64,000 nucleotides of DNA from Malacoraja senta (Eukaryota): contig CM075989.1 of the NCBI GenBank assembly GCA_038087875.1, forward strand, positions 3,782,001-3,846,000, written 5' to 3'. The position numbers and the translations under genes were made by a program. Shown one piece after another: positions 11,822 through 23,653 of the stretch (position 1 is its first letter; each line of letters starts with the position of its first letter). A model generated the notes under the pieces. That model saw nothing but the letters and a program-made list of their open reading frames with translations, did no database searches and was not told where the DNA came from.

Positions 11822-12040
11822 AAGATAGATACAAAGTGCTGGAGTAACTCAGTGGTTCAGGCAGCATCTCAGGAGAGAACGGATGGGTGATGTTTCGGGT
11901 CGGTACCCTTCTTCAGACTTCAGAAGGGTACAGACCCGAAACGTCACCTTTTTCTGCTGAGCTGCTGCCTGACCCAATGAGTTACTCCAGCACTTTGTGT
12001 CTATGGTTGGTATAAACCAGCATCTGCAGTTCCTTGTTTC
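11822..12040. repeat. Penelope-derived fold-back repeat with hammerhead-like cores
   Basis: acaaagtgctggagtaactca ... tgagttactccagcactttgt inverted arms centred near 11917. Confidence 0.8.
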
Positions 12041-12256
12041 GACTCTGGTATTAGCTGATCTGTTGGGATTAGCGTGCAAAGCAACACTGCTCACTGTTCC
12101 TCGATACAGGTAACATGACAAATAAACCACAACCAAATACTGAATTTACCTGAGGTGCTTTTTCATGCCAAAGGGTTATTTGCCAGTCGGATTTTATTGG
12201 ACTGCAACATTATTGTGCAACTTTGCAGGTGCCAGAATCCTGGTGACACTTGTGTA

Positions 12257-12366
12257 CTGCTCAGGTGAGGTCAGCTCAGGTGAGGTCTGCTCAGGTGAGG
12301 TCTGCTCAGGTGAGGTCTGCTCAGGTGAGGTCTGCTCAGGTGAAGTATGCTCAGGTGAGGTCTGCT
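12257..12366 (+). repeat. 15-bp minisatellite (CTGCTCAGGTGAGGT) x about 7
   Basis: Read directly from the sequence; explains the spurious (SGEVC)n ORF. Confidence 0.9.
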
Positions 12367-13924
12367 GGATTATATCCATAGATGCTGCCTCACCCGCTGA
12401 GTTTCTCCAGCTTTTTGTCTACCTTCTGCTGTATCATATTACCTGGTCGTATGCCAAACAAAGTATTTCACTGTACCTAGGTGCGTGTGACAATAATTAT
12501 AAATGTGGCAATAAGTATAATTGAATCGAATCATTGAATCAATACATCAAACGTGACTCGGCTGGCAGCTCACCACAGCCGCTGTGTTTACCTGTGTAAT
12601 TAACCAGACACAGATGGCAATTTGTTTCTGACTGGCCAGTGCAAATTAACTTGACGGCTTTCCTTATCTGTGGCTGGTTAATTCCGGGATGATGAATATT
12701 AAAGTCGTTCAGTGTTTACTCTCCCCCCACCAATATATCTCCCTTTGTTGTGAACACCTGGATAAAGGTTGGAAGGTCTGTAATATTACAGTAGCTCAGG
12801 ATTCGCCGTTTTCATCGTAAGGAAACCGTCAAACAATACTTGTTTGCGCGTTTCACCTGGAACCGGAAGAGAACCCCGTGAATCTTTCTAAATGGAAAAT
12901 AGGGGGGTTGCACGTAAGGTCATCGGGTCAAAGGGCGTGACGCATGGAGCAGCTCAATCCATGTGGAGGACATGGCTGCGTTGGCACACACTGTTAACAC
13001 ACGGAACGCGTACCTTCTCACCTGTTAAAATCCGCCAAAATTGGCATTTTTTGCGCTATAAATATTTGTGGGTATTGTCATTGAAAGCGGGAAGGTATCA
13101 GTCAGTATCTTTGCTCTGGACCCGAGCACCAAGGTGTAAGCGGCCGAAGGAGGTCATCCCTCGGGACAGCCCCCAATCTCCCCCGGGGTCAGCGCTGTCC
13201 GGCCACGACCGCCCTCCGCCCCGTCTCCCTCTGTGGGCCGCACTGTCACGGGCTGTGGGTCGGCAGCGCCCACACATGGGGCTGGGTGGAGCAGGGCCGG
13301 GGGGAGCGGGGCCGGTGGGAGCGGGTGGAGCAGGGCCGGGTGGAGCAGGGCCGCTGCTCTGGGAAACATCAGCTGCAGCAGAGTTGGGGACGGTCTGCTC
13401 CCTCCGCCCACCCAGAGTCACTGACAGGCTCAGAATGCATCAGAGAGCATCTAAAACCCCAGAGCTTCCAGGGTCCTTAAGCGGGTGCTGGACCTCGGCC
13501 GCGAGGGTCTTTGAGCTACGCACTTGTGATATGCGCTGCATGCACTTATTTCACATAAATTTTTTGTAATCCTGCCATGCCACCCCCCTTTTTGAAAAGC
13601 TTTGTATGGGCCTGATGTATAATATTTTTGACACTGTCATAGGCCTTTCTTACATATGCTGTCACAATGCACTGTAGTCTCTAAACAACACTTCAGTAAT
13701 TTTCCTTGCCCTCCATTTCAGAATAATAGTGTTTTAAGCCGATAACTCGACACTAGTACTGGCAGTAAATTATAAGCGAAGCTTTCCAGCCCTTATCTCA
13801 TTGGCCATGCTCGGCTGCACATCGGTGGACTCTTCCATCTTCCTCTCGTCCTGGGGGTGCAGGATTGGGAGGGGCCTCACAAGTGGAATAGATTAGGGCC
13901 TCTCTTCATCTAAATCCGGCCCTG

Positions 13925-14100
13925 ACTGCAGATGCTGGTTTATACCGAAGATGGACAAAAAAATGCTGGATAACTCAGCGGGCTGAGTCTGAAAAAGTGT
14001 CTCGACCCAAAACGTCACCCATTCCTTCTCTCCAGACGCTGCCTGTCCCGCTGAGTTACTCCAGCATTTTGTGTCTATCTTCGATTTAAACCAGCATTGT
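13925..14100. repeat. Penelope-derived fold-back repeat
   Basis: atgctggtttataccgaagat..aactcagcggg inverted against cccgctgagttac..atcttcgatttaaaccagcat. Confidence 0.8.
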
Positions 14101-14799
14101 AGATCTTTTTGACAGCGGGCTTAATGTTGATCTTGTGGTAATGTCCAAAGTAAATTGGTGAGGCGGCTGTGGAGTTTTCACTGGTGGCCCCTCCCAGTTG
14201 TTCGCCAGTGAAAGTCACCATCAAGGTTACCTGTGTTGAGTTTCAGACCAAACCCATTGCAATGCTGGGCCTTGCCACTTGCAAACATGTTTATCAAATA
14301 CAGAAACTCAATGCACTGCAATGTTCCAGGACTCGGGCGAGGTTTGTAATTGCATCTGTGAAAATGACATGCGATTAAAAATTTGCCTCGTCTTTGCCAA
14401 CAAGCCGTCATTATCACTTTACCAAAACAAAAGTGAGCGCGGAGAGAGGCTTGTCTGGAGATTAGACAAGTAGCGGGGCAGAGCGCAACTGCATTCAACC
14501 CTTGGTTCCAAAGTCCAATACTGCCACCTCAATGTTGGGTTGGTGTTGTCGCATTAGTGGCAAAGACAATGTTCTCCTGGTGTCGGGGCTTGATTAATAG
14601 CCAATGAACGGGATATGGCGGCGCTCAGTACATGTATGGTTACATCGAGCAGTATCAGTCGGCGGTGAGGAAATTCCTTGCACCTGGTCTGAGCTTGGAG
14701 AGGGGAGATGGGCAGCATAGAGGGAGGCGGTGAGGCAGAGTGTAGAGTGACTGGTGGACAGAGGAGGGTGATGGACGTATGAAGCCAGCCTAGACATGC

Positions 14800-15016
14800 C
14801 CCTCCCCACTCCCCCTCCCCCTCTCTCCCATCCCCCCCCACTCCCCTCTCTCCCCCCCCCACTCTCTCCACCCCCCCACTATTCCCCCCAACTCTCTCCC
14901 CCCACTCTCTTCCTTCCCCCACTCTCTCCCCTCCCACTCTCTCCCCCCACTCTCTTCCCCCCACTCCCCTTCCACCCACTCCCCCTCCCCCCACCCCGGT
15001 TTCTCTTCCCCCACCC
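14800..15016. repeat. C/T-rich low-complexity tract
   Basis: Degenerate (ccccccactctct)n. Confidence 0.85.
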
Positions 15017-15715
15017 ACAAGGATTTATTCTGCACACGCCAGCATTTCAACTCCACTTAAATACCTGCGATATTCTATTCACCCACCAGGTTATTGTTGC
15101 CGCTTGCCTCATTTTGAAATCAAGACCTCAGCTCCCTCATCCTACCCCTCACTGACCGTTCCATCCCACACCCTCTGGGAACTAATCCCGTCAAATCCCT
15201 TCACATTCCTCCCATATCTCCCACAGCTGATACGGTGCCCTCTGCCTAGAGATCTGCTCATTGCCCCCCCCCCCCCCTCTTCAAGTGCCTCCAATGTGTT
15301 GGTCCCAATGGGACACACCTCTTTCTCACCTGAACGTGTTGTAGATGGTTGCATCACGATCAAGGCAATAATGGAAACTTGACTGGTGCCCTCTTGAATC
15401 TTGGCGGCTGTGTTCCATCATTTACCCAATCCAGATTTTAAAGGTGTGGCCGTTATACACAAATCAAACCTTTCACTGCCCCCCGCCCCCCGCCTCCCTC
15501 CTTTACCCCTGTAGCACTTTATATATCTAACCTGGTTCCACCCTGGTAGTCCATCAATTCGATTTTTTATACTCAAGAGTCAAAGAACTATAGAGCTGTA
15601 CGACAGCTCTTCAGCCCAATCAGTTTTAGTTACACTCAATGTCCCAACTACTGAAGGCAAGCATACAACTCACAGAGAAGACATGCTGTATCTGTAAACT
15701 AAACCCTCTGTCAAT

Positions 15716-15717
<2 letters not shown>

Positions 15718-15750
<33 letters not shown>
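15718..15750. repeat. (CT)n microsatellite
   Basis: Read directly from the sequence. Confidence 0.95.
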
Positions 15751-15752
<2 letters not shown>

Positions 15753-16005
15753 CCAGCATCCAGTTGTGAAAGAATAGCTTCCTTTTGTTAAAATGAATAA
15801 AATCTGATATACTTTAATTGTTCTGCAGAATAACTTTTTACTGGTTTATTAGCACAGCACCTGTAGTCAGGATTGAACCCAGGTCTCTGTGCTGAAAGAC
15901 AGCAACTCTACCGCTGCGACACTGTGCCACCATGATTCTGAAGGTTCAGACAGAAGGGTCCCAACCCAAAACATCACCTATCCACGTTCTCCAGAGATGA
16001 TTCAG

Positions 16006-16270
16006 GATGCACGGTGGCATAGTGGTTGTGTTGCTGCCTTACAGCACCTGACTACGGGTGCTGTCTGTATGGAGTTTTTATGTTCTCTCACGTAGGTTTT
16101 CTCCGGGTGCTCCGGTTTCCTCCCACATCCAAAGACTTGCAGGTTTGTGGGTTAATTGGCGTCTGTAAATTGTAAATTGTAGGATAGTGCTGGTGTGGTG
16201 AGATCGCTGATCGGCGTGGACTTGGTGGGTGGATGGGCCTGTTTCACACTGTATCTCTAAAGTCTAAAGA
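16006..16270 (+). mobile_element. HE1-like V-SINE (internally deleted)
   Basis: Head, core and tail match other copies. Confidence 0.8.
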
Positions 16271-16814
16271 TGCTGCCTGACCCACTGAGTTAACCCAGCA
16301 CTTTGTGTCTTTTTTTATAAACCATCATCAGCAGTTCCTTGTTTCCATGCAAGGTAGCCTTTTTGCCTGGGCTCTTGTGAAGCACTCAGACGTGCTGAAC
16401 GATTGCACATCATTTGATCTGCCAGACCGCAGGACCACTGCAAGTCCTGCTGCGCGCCAACACAAAGACTGCTCTCCTGTTAATGCGATGCTTTTGGCTG
16501 GGCTCCAGTCTAATGCACGCATAACGTTGCCCAGGATTACTGATCAGAAGGTGGAGCTGTAAAAGTGAAACATTTTAAGTTACCCATGCGGGGGAGTGAC
16601 TCCATGGCACCAGGAGGATAACGGCTGGGAAATAGTTGCAAACTAGGGCAAGCAAACTCCAACAGTGGTGAGTGCTGGAAAAATGCTGATGGATGGTGAG
16701 AAATTTCTTTATTTGTATACAGGTCTGCTACATGATTTTACAGGGTTGTATGCAAAACAACATTTCACTGTACCCAGGTACATGTGACAATAAAGTATCA
16801 CAGAATCATTAGCA

Positions 16815-17792
16815 TGACATTTGACAAGGTCCCTAATGGTAGGCTGATCCAGAAGATTAAGATGCGGGGATCCATGGTGACTTGCCAATTTGGGTTCTGA
16901 ATTAGCTCACTGTAGTGGACAGAGGGTCATGGTGGAAGGCTGTTATTCTGGCCGGAGGTCTGTGACCAGCGGTGTTCCTCAGGGATCAGAGCTGGGACCT
17001 CTGTGGTTTATGATAAATGATTTGGAGAAGAACATGGCGTAGGAGGTTGGTAAGTTTGCAGAGGGCAGATTTGTGGAGGGTGGACAGGGACGAAGGCTCT
17101 GAAGCAATGTAGCAGCATGTAGATCAGTTACAGACATGGGCAGAGAAATGGCAGATGGAGATTAATCCATGCAAATGTGAGGTTGTGGACTTTGGGAGAT
17201 CAAAGGAGAATGTGAATAGTTAATGGAAAGCCCCTTATTGATGTACAGAAGGATGTTGGGTTCTAAGAACAGGGTCCTTGAAAGTAGCAACACCAGCACA
17301 TAAAGTGGTAAAGAATGTGTATGGTATGTTTGCCTTCATCAGTTGAGACATTGAGTATAAGAGCAAGAAGGAATGTTGCAGCTTATAAGACCTTGGTTAG
17401 GCTGCATTGGGATATTGTGCAATTCTGGTCGTCCCATTACAGGAAGGATTTTGAGGCTTTGGCGAGTGTAGAAGAGGCTGAGCAGGAACTAGCCTGGATT
17501 AAAGGATAAAGGAGAAGTTGGAAACAATTTCATTGATTTCTCTGGTGTCAGACACAGAGTCTCTGTTCACTCTAGGAAGGAGATGCACTTTGATACACAG
17601 AGTGGTGGGTGCCTGGAACACGCTGCTTGGGGTAGTGGTAGAAGCAGACAAGGCAGTGGCGTTAAAGGCTTTTAGAAATGCATGTGAAAATGCAGGTAAT
17701 GGAGAGATATGGATCACTTGCAGGCAGAAAGGATTAGTTTGGCTCAGACATCATGGGTCAAATAGCCTGCACATGTGTTGTACTTTTCTATG
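16815..17792 (+). mobile_element. Old degraded CR1 LINE (RT region to 3' end)
   Basis: FDKVP-like tttgacaaggtccct, VTSGVPQGSELGP-like, YKTLVR..VQFWS remnants. Confidence 0.8.
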
Positions 17793-17909
17793 ATCTCCAA
17801 ATCAGAAATGTCCAGCTTGGATAGCCAGGAACACCATACACTTGCTATATTTCTGTATTTCTATTTTCAATGAACACTAACATTATCCATAATGAAATTA
17901 ATGGACTCT

Positions 17910-18690
17910 GTTTAGTTTAGTTTAATTTAGTTTAGTTTATTGCCACTTGTACTAAGGTACAGTGAAAAGCATTTGTGTTGCGTGCTATCCAGTCAGCGGA
18001 AAGACTACACATGATTACAGTCAAGCCGTTCCCAGTCTACAGAAACAGAATAAAGGGAATAATGTTCAGTGCAAGTAAAGTCCAAATAAAGATTGTCTGA
18101 GGTTTCAAATTAGGTAGATGGGAGGTCAGGACTGCTCTCTTGTTGGCGATAGGATGGTTCAGTTGCCTGATAACAGCTGGGAAGAAACTGTCACTGAATC
18201 TGGAAGTGTGCATTTTCCATACATCTCTTGTACCTCTTGCCTGATGAGTGAGGGAGATGAGGGAGTAGCCAGGCTGCGACGCATCCTTGATTACGCTGCT
18301 GGCCTTGCCTCGGCAGCGTGAGGTGTAAATGGAGTCAATGGAAGGGAAGTTGGTTTGCTTGATGGTCTGGGCTACGTCGACAATTCCCCTGCAATTTCTT
18401 AGTCTTGGATGGAGCAGTTCCCAAACTGTGCTGCGAAGCATCCAAATAATATACTTTCCACGCCGCTTCTGAAGATGTTGGTGAGAGTTGTTGGGACATG
18501 CTGATCTTCTGAAGCCTTCTAAGGAAGTAGAGGCGTTGGTGTGTTTTCCTTGCCATTGCTAGTCCAGGACAAGTTGCTGATGATATTTACTCCGAGGGAG
18601 TTAAGCTTTCAACCATCTTTACTTCAGTGCAGTCAAGATATGTGCACCGCTTCGCTTCTGAAGTTTATCACCATCTCCTTTGCTTTGCTG
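17910..18690 (-). mobile_element. Rex1/Babar-like LINE 3' part
   Basis: KTHQRLYFLRRL, IIKD-like and RFSDSFFPAVIRQLN in ORF fragments. Confidence 0.8.
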
Positions 18691-19029
18691 TATGTAATCA
18701 TAAGTTGCTACATTTATTTGCATAAAGTATGATTTTCCATGAGTTAGGTAGTTCATTACCCTGAAGTCCCTTAATTTTATTCAGACGATTATAAATTTAG
18801 ATTATTGACACATGTACTAAGGTACAGTGAAAAGCAGTTTGTTGTGTGCCATACATTTTCTGTGTATTTCTCAACAAAACGATAATATTTGACTGACATA
18901 GCTCTTAAATTTTTATGCCAAATTCATGATTTCCAGTAAGGAGGCTCCATGTATTAATTACAGAAACAATATCCTTTAATTAAGAGAACTAAAAAGACCA
19001 GCTCACAAAACAGAAAGGGTAAATAAATC

Positions 19030-20628
19030 TCACTCCGTCTTTTGCTTTTTCCCACGAACAATACGACAAAGTTTCTTCAGTGTTCCAACCACCAGCACAG
19101 TGAGCAGGAGTAACACAGACAACAGAAAGATCATCACATCGACACAATAGTAAGCGTACCAGGGGAGTCGGTGGGATTCTGAGCGCAAATGCCCCGCTCC
19201 TTTGTGTCGGGCAACGTACTCAAACCCAGAAAACAGCTCTCTCCATTGGCGACTCTGCTGGTCCCGATGGAGAGCGGAGAGTCTCTTCATGTTGACCCCA
19301 TAAGATGTGCCGTTTATCACCTCGTTGAGTGCCTGCAACAGATCTGTGGAGTGCATGGTTGCAATGTTGATCACTTTTGCTGCTCCTCGGTATTCAAGTC
19401 TAATTAGATTGTCAAACTGGTCAAAGATCAGAGGCATGCCGATCACAGGCACCCCATGGTAAATGGCTTCATAAATCCCATTGGTGCCTCCGTGTGAAAC
19501 AAAGGCTCGTGTGTTGGGGTGACCAGCAGTCGTTCTGAGGGATCCATTTTGCCAGCAGTGTATTATTCCCTATATTGGGAGGGTCTCACCATCATATCTC
19601 CAGATAACCTTCTGGGGATTTGAGCAAATGCTTCTGCTATTTTCATTGCAATCTCCATTGGTAAAGAGTGGACAAAGGTCCCCAATGACATTACAACAAG
19701 TCCATGTTTCCCTGAGCTTTGGACAAACTCCTCAAACTCTGCTGCCAGAGGCCGTGCAGGTTTACACTGGAAGCCTCCGATGTACACAATGTTTGGCATG
19801 GTGGGTCTTGGGAATTCAAAGACAAAATCCACCCTCATCAGCCACACATCAGCTCTGAGGAGAATCGACTTGATGTCCGTGTCTGGTCCCAGATACCGAT
19901 GACAAAGGACATTGTAATTGCGGAAAATGAACAGTTCTAAAATGGAATAATGAATCAGACTTTGGACGGCGTTTTGTGTTCTTTGGAGAAAGGACATCTT
20001 GTCGGTCAAATGCGAGCTGGAGATCGGGACATAGGAAGGTGGCGACGGGCAAAGAGGAATGTGCTTCCCCACTATCCAACAATCGGACATTATACACCAG
20101 CGGAAGTTTTAAATAATACGCAAGCATGGAACCATCGGCGAATAGAGGGTCTGTAAGCATTAAGTCAAAATTTGCCTCTTTGAGATGGTTTAACAAAGTT
20201 TTGTTTTCGAAAGTAGCAGTAATGTAGCCATTCAGTAAGTTATGGCAGTTCTGCATAAAAGCAAACATTTCAAACTGGAATTCAACATAGCCTCTGAAGG
20301 TCCACCCATTCTGTGCAATTCGCAGGGTGTTATTTAGAATTATTCCCACCACATCGATCTTTTCACTATTTCCTTGCTCTTGAATGACAATGGATTTGTA
20401 CAGGTCAGGTCTCTCTGTGATGTGCCTAGTCCCTGCTTTATACAGCACAGTGATGTTGTGTCCGTGAAGCTTCAGTTCTTCGATTAGAATCCTCATGTTG
20501 ATCCAGTGACTTCCAGCAATGGGAACAACTAATATATTCGCTGCCTGGTTAATGGGACAATACAGAGTGATGATAGTGCCAAGGACAAAGGGCACCAGTA
20601 TTCTGCTCTTCCATCCAGAACCCCCCAT
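19030..20628 (-). CDS. UDP-glucuronosyltransferase, single coding exon (UGT5-like); frameshifted in this assembly
   Basis: ATG at 20628, signal peptide, catalytic GSHW, LIFDQFDN, TM helix, C-terminal KKQKTE (KxKxx); breaks are single-base indels relative to the paralog. Confidence 0.85.
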
Positions 20629-20652
20629 ACTGAGGGGACGTTGTATGTAGAT

Positions 20653-20678
20653 CCTGTTCAAGAAATGAAAATGAAGGT
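20653..20678 (-). promoter_or_regulatory. Splice acceptor upstream of the UGT coding exon (counterpart at 8395-8415)
   Basis: ttcattttcatttcttgaacAG|gatct versus ccttttcattttgaacAG|gatcc in the paralog. Confidence 0.7.
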
Positions 20679-20764
20679 TATTTCAACATAAATATTGATT
20701 GGATATAACTGTGCCATGACCAAGCTCATCCTGTGGAGTGAGTGGGTTAGCTTGAGAAATGTTT

Positions 20765-20960
20765 TATGCCTCAGAAGGCTGTGTAGGGCAAGTCAGTGGA
20801 TAAGATAGATCGATTCTTGATTAGTATGGGTGTCAGTGGTTATGGGAGAAGGCAGGAGAATGGGGCTAGGAGGCAGACATAGATCAGCCATGATTGAATG
20901 GCGGAGTAGACTTGATGGACTGAATGGCCTTATTCTGCTCCTATCACTTATGATCTTATG
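20765..20960 (+). mobile_element. CR1/HER1 3' fragment
   Basis: gttatgggagaaggcaggagaatgggg...gaatggccttattctgctcc. Confidence 0.75.
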
Positions 20961-21199
20961 AAGTTGATTGCATTCCTTCATCATCAACCACAACTGCAAC
21001 GTGCGATGAAGGACCTTGGAGTTGTAAATCCCAGCACAGTGCATCAATGGGCACCAACATCTAGCAGAGTCTCTGCGTGGCTGCCAAACTTTTTAGCTTG
21101 GTAACTAAAACCAAGTTTGGGAGCCAGAGAGGATCGAATGGCAACACACTGGCTGAGGAGTAAGCAGTATCTAGAAATTAAAAATTGGAGAACATACCA

Positions 21200-21607
21200 C
21201 AGGTCCACCACTGGCATCTGGCATCCTTGGTTCCATAATTCTTTCTGGATTATCAATTATTTGCCGGACCAACGGAGATCACGGCCTCCACAGCCTAGGC
21301 AGCCGAGGAGCCGAGATATCGACCATAAAGTCAGCCTTGGAAGTCGGCTATGGGACAATACCTTGATGGGAACGGATATGCCGGCTCCGGCCGGGCTGGA
21401 GTTCCAAATTCCTGGCTGCAGGGGGGCAAATTGAACCTTCGTCGGCCGGTTTGTACCGATGAGGTCGAGAGTGGCCACCTAGGCTCCACATTTTGGGGTG
21501 GGGGGGGGGGGGGGGGGGGCGGGGTATTTCAAGCACGCTCACATAATATTGTCCGGTTTAAAAGAAGTGCCAGACCACCAGTTGCTGGAAAGTCAGTGGT
21601 GGACCAG
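21200..21607. mobile_element. Tc1/mariner (Tigger-like) MITE; alternative right end at 21804
   Basis: CAGGTCCACCAC inverted as GTGGTGGACCAG (ends 21607) and GTGGTGGACCTG-TA (ends 21804); related reverse copy at 25553-25768. Confidence 0.55.
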
Positions 21608-22221
21608 CCGGTGAATGCGGTGCAGAGCACCAGACAACCAACCATGTCATCTCTGAGTGCCCGCTCTACAACCCACCAAATGGACCTCGGGGCCTGGCAG
21701 ACATGACGCAGAGACAACAACCTGGCTGCTCAACACCTGGTTTGCGATCTAACTATTCCTTTGGTTTATTTATGTTTCATTCGCAAGAAGAAGTGGTGGA
21801 CCTGTACAGTGAGAAAAACTAACATTGAGATTTGTGTTATTTTCATTCACACTTCGCACTGTATCCTACCGACACCCCATTTCCCTCCCCCCGCCACACC
21901 TGCTAGCACACCTGCGATTCCAAGTACACAGAGTGGTGTGGTGAACTTGATGAACAGGTTTCTCTCTGGATTGACCGGTGGAAAAAGAACATAGAATTTC
22001 ACAGCAAGGATGCAGAGTCGATCCGATGCCAGAATAGATGGAAGGGGAGAGGCTCCAGTGGAGAGGTTGCCTTTTGTTCATTACTTAAATGTGCTGTAAT
22101 GATTTCCATTATTTAAAAGTCTTGCCTGCTTTATACTTATTTAATTATTTTCATGTAGTTAAAAATATATATTTTGTGTAGGAAGGAAGTGCAGATGCTG
22201 GTTTACACCGAAGATAGACAC

Positions 22222-22885
22222 AATAATACTTTATTATCCAAGTATGTTTTGCAACATACGAGGAATTTCATTTGCTAAGAGTCATACAAATAAAAAGCAA
22301 CAGAACACACAAAATACATTTTAACATAAACATCCATCACAGTGACTCCTCCACATTCCTCACTGTGATGAAAGGCGAAAGTTCAAATCTCTTCCCTTCT
22401 TTGCTCTCCTGTGGTCGGGGGCTCAAGCCCTCCGTTGACGGGACGATCTTGACTCCCGTAGCCGGCAGCGTTTGGGCCCTCCACGTCGGGAGTATGTCAG
22501 CTCCCCCGCGCCAGCGATCGAACCCCGCGTCGGGGTTGGTCGAGCCTCCCGACCCGGCCTCTCCCGAGACTGCGAGCGTTGGGGCGAATCCAGGCAAGGG
22601 ATCGACTCCGATGTTAAGTCCACGCCGTGCGGTGGGGCTCAAGGTCAGTCCGGGGTGCCTCCAGCTCCATCGATGGGCGGCCGCAGAGCGTCTGGAGATA
22701 CGATCCGGAAAATAATCGCATCTCCGGCAAGGTAACAAACTGAAAAATAGTTTCCCCCTCCCCCCACATAAAACAAACCGGAGACCATTTACACAGACTT
22801 TTAAAACGCACTAAATTTTTTTAAAAAACACAAAAAAAACAGACAGACTGTTGGCGGGGCTACCAAACATGCGGTGCCCCTGGTG
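22222..22885 (-). mobile_element. Non-coding GC-rich retroposon-like element
   Basis: AATAAA-bearing tail at the left end, CpG-rich middle; same layout as 47755-48535. Confidence 0.55.
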
Positions 22886-22886
22886 A

Positions 22887-23179
22887 ATGCAAAAACCATT
22901 GAATCTCAATCAGACAATACAAAAAGTAAAGAAAGAGACAAAATGCTGGAGTTACTCATCAGGTCAGGTAGTATCTCTGGAGAAAAGGAACAGGTGATGT
23001 TTTGGGTCGACACCCTTCTTCAGACTGAAGAAGTATCTGTCAGTCTGAAGAAGTGTCTCGACACCAAACGTGACATTCCTTCTCTCCAGAGATGCTGTCT
23101 GTCCCGCTGGGTTACTCCAGCATTTGTGTCTATCTTTACTTTTTATATTGTCTGATTGATAATTAATGGTTTTTACATG
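22887..23179. repeat. About 290-bp fold-back of two Penelope-derived units with extended arms
   Basis: aaaaaccattgaatctcaatcagacaatac.. inverted as ..tattgtctgattgataattaatggttttt; centre cttcagactga..tcagtctgaag. Confidence 0.85.
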
Positions 23180-23184
23180 TATTC

Positions 23185-23466
23185 TGGTAGGGCCGCTGCC
23201 TAATAGCACCAGAGACCGGTTCCATCTCGACCTCGGGTGCTGTCTGTGTGGAGTTTGCATGTTCTTCCTGTGACCGCATGGGTTTCATCCAGGTGCTCCG
23301 ATTTCCTCCCATATCCCAAAGACGTGCGGGTTTGCAGGTTAATTGGCTTCTATATATTTGCCCCTAATGTATCGGGAATGGGTGAGAAAGTGGGATAACA
23401 TAAAACTGATGTGAACTGGTGATCGATGGTCAGCACGGACTCAGTGGACCGAGGCGCCTGTTTTCA
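23185..23466 (+). mobile_element. HE1-like V-SINE
   Basis: Core and tail match other copies. Confidence 0.8.
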
Positions 23467-23653
23467 TAGATAGATACATACAAAATCCTGGAGTAAGTCA
23501 GCAGATCCGGCAGCATCTCTGGAGAAAATGTATAGGTGATGTTTCAGGTCGGGACCCTTCTTCAGGGGAGAAAACTGGAAGCAAAGGAAAAAACAGGACA
23601 AATCGGGGAAAAATAGGCAACTGACGACCTCGGGTAAAGAATTGTTTAAGAAT

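Noticed and set aside
12165..12524. (SGEVC)n protein or CRISPR-like array
   Set aside because: Spacerless 15-bp tandem repeat; no cas genes; eukaryotic context
13560..13925. hAT-like right termini (tttgtatgggcctg; aaatccggccctg)
   Set aside because: No matching left TIR or TSD found, so no element could be delimited
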